A stretch of 29,240 bases of DNA, from IMG/VR virus record IMGVR_UViG_3300038675_000433, positions 1 to 29,240 of that record. One strand, written 5' to 3'. The notes below the pieces were generated by a model. It saw only the letters and a list, made by a program, of their open reading frames with translations. It was not told the origin of the DNA and did no database searches. The position numbers and the translations under genes are program-made. The stretch's first letter is position 1. Each line of letters begins with the position of its first letter. This DNA comes from a virus. Lineage: Duplodnaviria > Caudoviricetes. Below are positions 8,370 through 16,043 of the stretch, piece after piece.

Positions 8370-8396
8370 AACCGTTCAGCAGTGAGCGGTTTTTTA
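8370..8396 (+). terminator. Rho-independent terminator after fic
   Basis: AACCGTTCA-GCAG-TGAGCGGTT followed by a T tract. Confidence 0.8.
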
Positions 8397-8413
8397 TTAC
8401 ATAAGGAGCAAAG

Positions 8414-9772
8414 ATGGATATAATATTTGATATTACAAATCAGAAATTAGAAAGAAGGGATAAAAACTTTATTGTTGCTGACAGCAAAAACTATTTATAT
8501 GCAAGATTTAATTTTACTGATGACTGGGATAATAAAAATAAGACAGCCGTATTCAAGAATGATACTAACATATTTAATGTGATACTAGAAAATAACAGAT
8601 GCTTAATTCCTCATGAGGTTATTAAGAAAGGATGGTTTAATGTTAGTGTATTCGCCGGCGACTTAATAACAGCAAATTCTGTTGTGATAAGCGTAGCTGA
8701 ATCAGGATTAATTGATGGCGGAACACCATTGCCGCCAACACCCAATATATATAATACCATCCTTAATATTGCAAACGAAGCAAAAACAATAGCTCAAAGC
8801 ATTGAATCCAGAGCTAATCAAGGTGAGTTTAATGGCTCCGATGGTCAGGATGGCAAGGGTATAGCAGAAATACTAAAGACTGGTACAGAAGGCAACATAG
8901 ATACATATACCATATACTACACTGATGGCACTACAAGCACATTTGAGATCGTGAATGGTACAGGAATACCTAAACAGGATTTAATTTGGACACAAAACTC
9001 ATTAGTGCTAAGCAATGGAACATTTTCTACTGATACGGCAAGAAAACTTACTGAAGAAGAAATGATTGAAATGTTTGGTATGCCTTCTAATGTTCCTGCC
9101 CAAGTTTGGCTTATTGGCAAAGATTATCATCAATGGGTAGTATTTTGCTTGTATGAAGACTACGAGGACGAATATGAAAGCATACCCAGAGGCGCAGTGG
9201 TAGTATATCCTTTGTTTGGCAGAGAAAATGGTGCAGAGACAATCATTAATATAAATGAGAAAGAAACATCAATAGCGATTATCTTTGAAAGACCCGTTTC
9301 CAACATCATGGCATCAATTTACCCGGAACAAAGATATAGCTGGAATGATTTAACAGAGCAATGGGAGCAAGACAATAACGGCACACATCTGAAATACTGG
9401 GATTATGAAGAAACAATATATGCACTGATTGATCCTGATAAAAGGTATACAAGATGGATTCAAAATGATAATGGTAATTGTTATAGAATTGAGCAAAACA
9501 TTGATGTGCATCTTGAATTGAATTACTCTACTAGATATAGAAGAGAATGGAATCAGTCAACAGAGCAGTGGAATTATTATAATGATGAAAATGGAGAGTA
9601 CATTAGACATCCTTATACCGGCGAATATGAAACAATCCTATCAAATAAAAGATACGATCTGATTGAGGATGAAATGAATTATATCAAGGATAGCACAGGC
9701 GAGCAGCTAAAGCTAACCATATTTGAAGGTGGTGATAACTGGATCTTATCAGGCTTTGAATACGGTAATTAA
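8414..9772 (+). CDS. Putative fibre/receptor-binding-type structural protein with BppU-like N-terminus
   Basis: N-terminal ..ARFNFTDDWD..KTAVF..RCLIPHEV.. pattern; GEFNGSDGQDGKGI..TYTIYYTDGTTSTF.IVNG linker; W/Y-rich repeated C-terminus. Confidence 0.6.
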   Translation: MDIIFDITNQKLERRDKNFIVADSKNYLYARFNFTDDWDNKNKTAVFKNDTNIFNVILENNRCLIPHEVIKKGWFNVSVFAGDLITANSVVISVAESGLIDGGTPLPPTPNIYNTILNIANEAKTIAQSIESRANQGEFNGSDGQDGKGIAEILKTGTEGNIDTYTIYYTDGTTSTFEIVNGTGIPKQDLIWTQNSLVLSNGTFSTDTARKLTEEEMIEMFGMPSNVPAQVWLIGKDYHQWVVFCLYEDYEDEYESIPRGAVVVYPLFGRENGAETIININEKETSIAIIFERPVSNIMASIYPEQRYSWNDLTEQWEQDNNGTHLKYWDYEETIYALIDPDKRYTRWIQNDNGNCYRIEQNIDVHLELNYSTRYRREWNQSTEQWNYYNDENGEYIRHPYTGEYETILSNKRYDLIEDEMNYIKDSTGEQLKLTIFEGGDNWILSGFEYGN

Positions 9773-9783
9773 AGGGGAATAGC

Positions 9784-9990
9784 ATGATTAATAAAATGAG
9801 CAAAGCAGTAATTCAATATCAGCTAAACCAAATACAATTATGGTTCAAGAGTACCGACTGGATTCCTAATAAGATAGTAACGGGCGAATGGACAACAGAC
9901 GATAAAAGATGGAAGGACTATCTTGAACATAGAAATCATTATCGCAAAAAGCAAGACGAGCTTAATCAATCAATAAGGAGTATCACGTGA
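9784..9990 (+). CDS. Putative tail-fibre assembly chaperone-like protein
   Basis: ..STDW..K......W..Y..HR...R pattern typical of small chaperones that follow fibre genes. Confidence 0.5.
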   Translation: MINKMSKAVIQYQLNQIQLWFKSTDWIPNKIVTGEWTTDDKRWKDYLEHRNHYRKKQDELNQSIRSIT

Positions 9991-11222
9991 AAATATTTGG
10001 ATGGAGCAGAGATAAGCCTAGCAAAAGGTCAATGGACGCCAAGCTGAATGATTTTATTCGCGGAGTGGACATAGACTTTAGCGGTGGAGTCGCTAGCGGA
10101 GTGGCGGTCGATGAGTTAAGAGCAATGCAGACCTCAGCGGTATATGCTTGCGTAAGAGTATTAAGTGAGACAGTGGCGAGCCTGCCACTGTTTTTATATC
10201 AACGAGAAAAAGATAAACATACAAAAGCGCAGGAGCATCCGCTATATGAGGTGTTACACGACCTAGCAAACAGCGAAATGACGAGCTTTAATTTCAGAGA
10301 GGTTATGATGACGTCTCTTTTGTTATACGGTAATGCCTATGCAAGGATCATAAGGGATAAGGCAGGGCATGTTAAAGAATTATGGTATCTTAAGCCCAAT
10401 CTAATGGAAGTTGAGCGTGACAGCGTCACAAAAAAGATTAAGTACACCTATGCAGATGATAAAGACAACAAGACATATTCATTTAAGCCGGAGCAAATCT
10501 TTCATATTGTCGGGCTTGGTTACGACGGCATTAAAGGTCTGTCTCCTATAGATCAGGCAAGAGAAGCTGTGGGATTGGCGCTTGCAACCGAGGAATTTGG
10601 AGCAAGGTTTTTTGGAAACGGCGCAAGACCTGGCGGAGTCCTTGAGCATCCAGGAGTAGTTAAAGACCCTGAAAAGCTAAGAGAGAGCTGGAACAAGGTA
10701 TACCAAGGCACAAAAAACAGCAATAAGATTGCGGTGCTGGAAGAAGGAATGAAATACCATGAAATTGGTTTGTCCCCAGAAGCAAGTCAATTTCTACAGA
10801 CTAGAAAGTATCAGTTAAATGAAATATGTCGTATCTTTAGAGTTCCTCCGCATTTGGTTGGTGACCTTGAACGGAGTACATTTAGCAATATAGAGCACCA
10901 GTCCATTGATTTTGTAACTCATACCATTAGACCGTGGCTTGTTAGGTGGGAGCAGGCAATTTACAAGAGCTTATTAAATGAACAAGAGCGGCAGCTATAT
11001 TATGCAAAGTTTAATGTAGACGGACTTTTGAGAGGCGATTTCAGTACACGTATGCAGGGCTATGCTACAGCAAGACAAAATGGCTGGATGAACATTAATG
11101 AGATTCGCGCATTAGAGGAGATGAACCCTATACCTGAAGAAAAGGGCGGCAACGCATACCTTGTTAATGGCAATATGGTTTCAGCAAATAATCAGCAAGG
11201 AGGAATGAATGGAGAAGACTAA
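9987..11222 (+). CDS. Portal protein, HK97 family
   Basis: SAVYACVRVLSETVASLP, LLYGNAY, GLSPI, FFGNGARPGG, IFRVPPHLVG and SNIEHQ. Confidence 0.97.
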   Translation: MKIFGWSRDKPSKRSMDAKLNDFIRGVDIDFSGGVASGVAVDELRAMQTSAVYACVRVLSETVASLPLFLYQREKDKHTKAQEHPLYEVLHDLANSEMTSFNFREVMMTSLLLYGNAYARIIRDKAGHVKELWYLKPNLMEVERDSVTKKIKYTYADDKDNKTYSFKPEQIFHIVGLGYDGIKGLSPIDQAREAVGLALATEEFGARFFGNGARPGGVLEHPGVVKDPEKLRESWNKVYQGTKNSNKIAVLEEGMKYHEIGLSPEASQFLQTRKYQLNEICRIFRVPPHLVGDLERSTFSNIEHQSIDFVTHTIRPWLVRWEQAIYKSLLNEQERQLYYAKFNVDGLLRGDFSTRMQGYATARQNGWMNINEIRALEEMNPIPEEKGGNAYLVNGNMVSANNQQGGMNGED

Positions 11223-11838
11223 AAGAGAAATAAGAACTTTGCCTTTTGAGGAATTAAGGGTTAGTCAGTGTGAGGAAGATAATTATATTGAAGGACATGC
11301 CGCAATATTTGATAGCTGGTCTGAAACCTTAGGCGGAATATTCCCTTTTAAGGAGAAGGTTAAGCGGGGCGCTTTTTCAAGCAGCTTGGATCAAGACGAT
11401 ATTAGAGCGCTGTTCAACCACGATCCTAATTATGTATTGGGCAGAAACAAGGCTGGAACGCTTCAGCTCAAAGAAGACGAGCGCGGCTTGTTTGTTAGGA
11501 TAGTCCCGCCTAATACTACATGGGCAAAAGACCTTCGCAAATCCATTGAGCGTGGAGATATTAACCAAATGTCCTTTGGCTTTACGGTTGAAGAGGATGA
11601 GTGGAGGTATGAAGACGGCTATGATATAAGGGAGCTTAAAAAGGTCAAGCTGTATGATGTATCACCTGTAACCTTCCCAGCCTATACAGCAACTGATGTT
11701 GGCGTCAGGGGAATGGAGAGCTATAAAGAGCACCGTAAGCAACAGGATGAGAAGCAGAAGCAAGCCGAAGAAAAAGCTGCTCAAGCAAAAGATAAACAAA
11801 AGCTCAAGACGCTAATTAACAAATTTAAAAATATTTAA
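11209..11838 (+). CDS. Prohead maturation protease, HK97 family
   Basis: GHAAIFD, ALFNHD, MSFGF and YDVSPVTFPAY. Confidence 0.96.
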   Translation: MEKTKREIRTLPFEELRVSQCEEDNYIEGHAAIFDSWSETLGGIFPFKEKVKRGAFSSSLDQDDIRALFNHDPNYVLGRNKAGTLQLKEDERGLFVRIVPPNTTWAKDLRKSIERGDINQMSFGFTVEEDEWRYEDGYDIRELKKVKLYDVSPVTFPAYTATDVGVRGMESYKEHRKQQDEKQKQAEEKAAQAKDKQKLKTLINKFKNI

Positions 11839-11850
11839 CTGGAGGAAAGA

Positions 11851-13140
11851 ATGAACATTAAAAAGATTATGGAAATGGAAGCAAAAAGGGAAGCAGCTAG
11901 ACTTAAAGCTATGTCCGTATTGCAAAAAGCGGAAGAGGAATCAAGGTTTCTCACTGATGACGAAAAGGCAGAGGTTGACAAGCTTGAAGCCGAGATTCGC
12001 AGCTGGGACGAAAGTATAACCCGTTCTAAAAAAATGCTAACCTACGAGCCAGAAGGAAAAGCCTCTGTGAACGAGGAGGAAATCGAGGTGAAAAGCACAC
12101 CCGGAGATAGTGGAAAGAAATTCTCAAATTTCGGTGAGCAGCTTATGGCGGTTTACAGAAGTGCCGCCCCCGGTGGAAGAGTGGATACAAGGCTATCCAC
12201 AAGAGCCGCAAGCGGGCTTAACGAAAGCAATCCCTCAGACGGAGGATTCCTTGTTCAACAGGATTTCGTTAGTACGCTATTGAAGCGAACTTATGAAACA
12301 GGCATATTGGCAAGTAAGGTAAAGAAAATCCCTATTTCAAGCAATGCAAACGGCTTGAAAATCAATAGCATTGATGAGGATTCAAGAGCAAACGGCAGCC
12401 GCTGGGGCGGTGTGCAAACTTTTTGGCAGGATGAAGCTGAACAGTTTGCATCAAGCAAACCGAAATTCAGAACAATGGACTTGTCTTTGAAAAAGCTGAC
12501 AGGTTTATGCTATGCAACAGACGAGCTATTACAAGATTCAGTGGCTCTCGAAAGTGTAATTAAGGAGGCATTCGCAGAGGAATTCGGCTTCAAGATAGAC
12601 GATGCTATTCTTAATGGCTCAGGAGCAGGACAGCCTCTCGGCGTTTTGAATTCGTCCGCGCTTGTGACAGTAGCAAAAGAGAATGCTCAGACAGACAAGA
12701 TAACGGTCGAGAACCTCATGAAAATGTGGAACCGCTTATGGTCAAGGTCAAGAGCTAATTCAGTATGGTACATAAACCAAGAGCTGGAGCCGTATCTATA
12801 CACTTTGAAAATAGGTGATAAGCCGGTATATATACCTGTAGGCGGATTATCGGAAAAACCATACGGAACATTGTTCGGCAGACCGGTTGTTCCTCTGGAG
12901 CAGTGTAACGCGGCAGGCGAACTGGGAGACATATTCCTTGCTGATATCAGTCAGTACTTACTTATTGATAAAGGCGGAATAAACCAGGCAAGCTCTATCC
13001 ACGTTCGCTTTCTCTACGATGAAAATGTGTTCAGATTCATATATAGAGTTGACGGACAGCCTATATGGAACAAGCCTCTTGCGCCCTATAAAGGAAGCGC
13101 AAGTGTAAGCCCGTTTGTTGCTTTAGCAAAAAGAAATTAG
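11851..13140 (+). CDS. Major capsid protein, HK97 fold
   Basis: N-terminal coiled-coil delta domain; DGGFLV, DDAILNG.G.GQPLG, TLFGRPV and RFIYRVDG. Confidence 0.95.
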   Translation: MNIKKIMEMEAKREAARLKAMSVLQKAEEESRFLTDDEKAEVDKLEAEIRSWDESITRSKKMLTYEPEGKASVNEEEIEVKSTPGDSGKKFSNFGEQLMAVYRSAAPGGRVDTRLSTRAASGLNESNPSDGGFLVQQDFVSTLLKRTYETGILASKVKKIPISSNANGLKINSIDEDSRANGSRWGGVQTFWQDEAEQFASSKPKFRTMDLSLKKLTGLCYATDELLQDSVALESVIKEAFAEEFGFKIDDAILNGSGAGQPLGVLNSSALVTVAKENAQTDKITVENLMKMWNRLWSRSRANSVWYINQELEPYLYTLKIGDKPVYIPVGGLSEKPYGTLFGRPVVPLEQCNAAGELGDIFLADISQYLLIDKGGINQASSIHVRFLYDENVFRFIYRVDGQPIWNKPLAPYKGSASVSPFVALAKRN

Positions 13141-13150
13141 GAGGAAAAAT

Positions 13151-13612
13151 ATGCAAAGAACAATGATATTTAGAATGCCAATTAAGCTGCCTCATCAAAC
13201 CTTCGGTGAGGCAGTTTCATTTGATGAGCTTACCCTTGATAATACTCAAACTGGGCACTTCATAGTGCTCGCAGGAAACAGAGTTGGGGAGGAAACAGGT
13301 ATAGCGGAAATAACAATTGACGCAATATTGCCAGATGGCAATGCTATTCAGGGCATACCTTTCCTTAAAAAGGTAGATGACATCTACAGGTTTGAAAAGG
13401 TCGACAAGGATGAAATCAACCTTGAAAATTGTCCTGCTTGGCGCGAGTACATGCTCACAGACAGAATGCTTGCAAAATACGAAACAAACAGGATAAGGAT
13501 AAACATCTCTGCTGTTCAGGATTCGCAGACTACCTGCGCAGTTGTTGTGGAGGGAACGGATTTGAGATATACATCGGAAAAGCCGTTTGATGACGATGAT
13601 AACGCTGACTGA
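13151..13612 (+). CDS. Hypothetical virion protein (possible head decoration)
   Basis: Strong RBS; lies between capsid and head-tail connector; no recognised motif. Confidence 0.6.
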   Translation: MQRTMIFRMPIKLPHQTFGEAVSFDELTLDNTQTGHFIVLAGNRVGEETGIAEITIDAILPDGNAIQGIPFLKKVDDIYRFEKVDKDEINLENCPAWREYMLTDRMLAKYETNRIRINISAVQDSQTTCAVVVEGTDLRYTSEKPFDDDDNAD

Positions 13613-13880
13613 TGCTAAGCTGTTTTTAAGGATAGATGGAGATGAGGAGGATACCCTCGTCTCCTCTCTTCTAATCATGTCCACTGAATTAGTTGAGGGT
13701 ATATTAAGACGTAAGATTAGCGAATTTGAAACAATACCGGAGACAATTAAGCAAGCTGTGCTGTTGGCAGTCGCAACCCTTTACGAAAACAGACAAGGTG
13801 GCAAGGAGGGCTTGAATACTGTAGACCTTATAGACCTAATTAAGAGACTGACCTTTGCTCACCGCAAGGAGAGCTTCTAA
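13587..13880 (+). CDS. Head-tail connector (gp6-like)
   Basis: TLTDAKLFLRIDGDEED.L and QAVLLAVATLYENR; start may be ATG 13596. Confidence 0.92.
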   Translation: MMTMITLTDAKLFLRIDGDEEDTLVSSLLIMSTELVEGILRRKISEFETIPETIKQAVLLAVATLYENRQGGKEGLNTVDLIDLIKRLTFAHRKESF

Positions 13881-14234
13881 ATGACAATAGGCGAGCTAAA
13901 CAGAAGGATTGAAGTATTAGAGCTTCAAGAGGGTAGAGATGCATACGGCGGTGTTGTAGGTAATTGGATTTTAGTAGGCAAGGTGTGGGCAAAGATAGTA
14001 CCGGGAGTCGGGAGAGAAAATCTTATTAACGACCAGGTTAAAGCAATTCAAGAAACAATAATAACAATGCGTTTCTACCCCGCAATGAGCACTAAATGTA
14101 GAATTAGGTATCAAAACACTTTATATGAGGTTACCGCAGTAAAGGATATCGTAACAGGACACCGCTGGACTGAGGTCAGAGCAAAGGAGATTATTGATGG
14201 GATACAGCGCGAGGCAGAGGAAGGTCAAGGTTAG
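13881..14234 (+). CDS. Head closure / head-tail adaptor (SPP1 gp16-like)
   Basis: GELNRRIEV, D.YGG...W...VWAKI, RIRY....YEV. Confidence 0.9.
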   Translation: MTIGELNRRIEVLELQEGRDAYGGVVGNWILVGKVWAKIVPGVGRENLINDQVKAIQETIITMRFYPAMSTKCRIRYQNTLYEVTAVKDIVTGHRWTEVRAKEIIDGIQREAEEGQG

Positions 14235-14598
14235 CCTAGAGGGCGGGCAAAAGCTAGCTAGGCGGCTTAAGTCAATGGGTGATGCGGCTTCAAAAATTCT
14301 TATGCAGGCAGCAAAAGCTGGAGGTGAAGTTGCACTTGATGAAGCAAAAAAGAATTGTCCTGTGGATACCGGTGCTTTAATAAATAGCTTAAAGATGACA
14401 GAAAATATTTCCAAGCCAACAAAAGCTGATGTAAAGATTGATTACGATAAATCTTTGAGATACGGCGTATTTGTCGAATTGGGTGCAAAGGGCAGAGCGC
14501 ATAACCCTTTTATGAGAGAAGCGGTAGATGATAATCAAGATAAGATTAATCAGGCAATCTCAAAAAAGATTGCAGACTCAGTAGGGAGGAATATGTGA
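14194..14598 (+). CDS. HK97 gp10-like neck protein
   Basis: AKKNCPVDTGAL..S, YGVFVELG and PFMR.A. Confidence 0.9.
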   Translation: MMGYSARQRKVKVSLEGGQKLARRLKSMGDAASKILMQAAKAGGEVALDEAKKNCPVDTGALINSLKMTENISKPTKADVKIDYDKSLRYGVFVELGAKGRAHNPFMREAVDDNQDKINQAISKKIADSVGRNM

Positions 14599-15005
14599 AA
14601 GATTTTTTTGTTTGCTTAGCGGAGCATCTGTTAAATAGTACTGCACTGCAATCAGCAGTAGGCAGTAGAGTCTACCCTCACCTGCTACCACAGAGTCCAA
14701 TCTTGCCGTCTATTGTTTATATACCTATATCTACATCATATGGTAACGCTTTGCAAAGGCAGACAGGCTTTGTAAGGCAGAGAGTGCAGTTTTCGGTACA
14801 TAACACGACCTTTGGTAAAGCAAGAGAAACAGGGCGAATTTTAAAAGCCGTTCTGCAAGATTTCAAAGGGGATATGTGCGGAACAGTAATTCAAGCGACG
14901 CATATTTTAAGTGACCTTACTACGGGTGGCAACACTATGACTAACTATAAAACAGAGGAGTATATGAATATACTTGAATTTCAATTTGAATATATGGAGG
15001 AATAA
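14595..15005 (+). CDS. Tail completion/terminator protein (DUF3168-like)
   Basis: VGSRVYP..LPQ...P.IVY, RVQFSV; position before the tail tube. Confidence 0.82.
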   Translation: MKDFFVCLAEHLLNSTALQSAVGSRVYPHLLPQSPILPSIVYIPISTSYGNALQRQTGFVRQRVQFSVHNTTFGKARETGRILKAVLQDFKGDMCGTVIQATHILSDLTTGGNTMTNYKTEEYMNILEFQFEYMEE

Positions 15006-15007
15006 AA

Positions 15008-15400
15008 ATGGCAATAGCTGGAAAAAGCGGAAAGCTTGCAATTGGAACAGATGTACCTGCTACCGTTGTAGGCATAAAAAACTGGTCGTTAGATTTGTCT
15101 TTAGACACATTGGAAACGACAGCACTAGGACAGGACTGGAAAAGCTACATAGCAGGACTAAAGGAATGGACAGCATCAGCAGAGGGTGATTTTAACGTGC
15201 ATACTGATGCAGCAGGACAAGCCACGTTGCAAACGGCGTTCTTGAACGGAACGGAAGTGGATGCACAATTCTATGTGGATTCAACGCACTATTACGGCGG
15301 CAAGGCGATAATCAACGCTCTTTCAGTGGAAGACCCTGTTGATGATGTTGTGTCTGTAAGCATAGAGTTTACGGGCAATGGCGCAATCGCATTTAATTAG
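15008..15400 (+). CDS. Major tail tube protein
   Basis: WSLDLS.DTLETT, WK.YIAGLKEW and VSIEFTGNG. Confidence 0.9.
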   Translation: MAIAGKSGKLAIGTDVPATVVGIKNWSLDLSLDTLETTALGQDWKSYIAGLKEWTASAEGDFNVHTDAAGQATLQTAFLNGTEVDAQFYVDSTHYYGGKAIINALSVEDPVDDVVSVSIEFTGNGAIAFN

Positions 15401-15411
15401 AGGAGGACAAT

Positions 15412-15741
15412 ATGATTAAGAAATCAGTATCGGTAGAGCTGGATAGGGCTAGAAATTTGCGCTATGGTATGAACGCGCTAGTAAAGGTAGAGGAAATTAC
15501 GGGAAAATCAATCTCAAAGCTTGACCTTGAAAACCTTTCAATGAAAGACCTTAGAACAATTCTGTTCGCTGGATTGTACCATGAGGATAAGGCGCTTACT
15601 CCTGAAAAGGTGGGCGAACTTATAGATGAATATTCCGATATCGGAACAATCGCGGGCAAATTAGCGGAAGCATTCACCATAGCATTCGGAGGTGGCGAAA
15701 AAAACGGACTGAATCCTCAGGCAAACGAGACTGGGGAATAA
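15412..15741 (+). CDS. Tail assembly chaperone (lambda gpG analogue)
   Basis: Lies between tail tube and tape measure; slippery A AAA AAC at 15699-15705 near the 3' end. Confidence 0.88.
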   Translation: MIKKSVSVELDRARNLRYGMNALVKVEEITGKSISKLDLENLSMKDLRTILFAGLYHEDKALTPEKVGELIDEYSDIGTIAGKLAEAFTIAFGGGEKNGLNPQANETGE

Positions 15742-16031
15742 GTGAGTACTACGAATTCGCGGTAAAACATTTAGGGCTTGATCCATTAGGCGCTTGGGAC
15801 TATACTCCTTACGAGATTAGCTTATTAGCAGACAATTACGCGTTTGAAGCAAAGGAAGATCTCAAGAGGAATATAACCCAAGCTTACTATACAGAATATT
15901 TTGCTAGGCATAAGAAGTTGCCGAAGCTTAGTAAAGTGCTTAAAGAAATTGATAAACCGCAAAAGCAATTGATGAGTAAGGGCGATATGGTGCTTAGGGC
16001 TATGGCAAAAGAAAAGGGCGTTAATTTGTAA
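15705..16031 (+). CDS. gpT-like extension made by -1 ribosomal frameshift (not in ORF track)
   Basis: The -1 frame is open from the slippery site to TAA 16029-16031 and reads RTESSGKRDWGISEYYEFAVKHLGLDPLGAWDYTPYEI...KEKGVNL, with the LG..P..W..TP.E chaperone motif. Confidence 0.85.
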   Translation, partial: RTESSGKRDWGISEYYEFAVKHLGLDPLGAWDYTPYEISLLADNYAFEAKEDLKRNITQAYYTEYFARHKKLPKLSKVLKEIDKPQKQLMSKGDMVLRAMAKEKGVNL

Positions 16032-16043
16032 GGAGGTGAGGTT

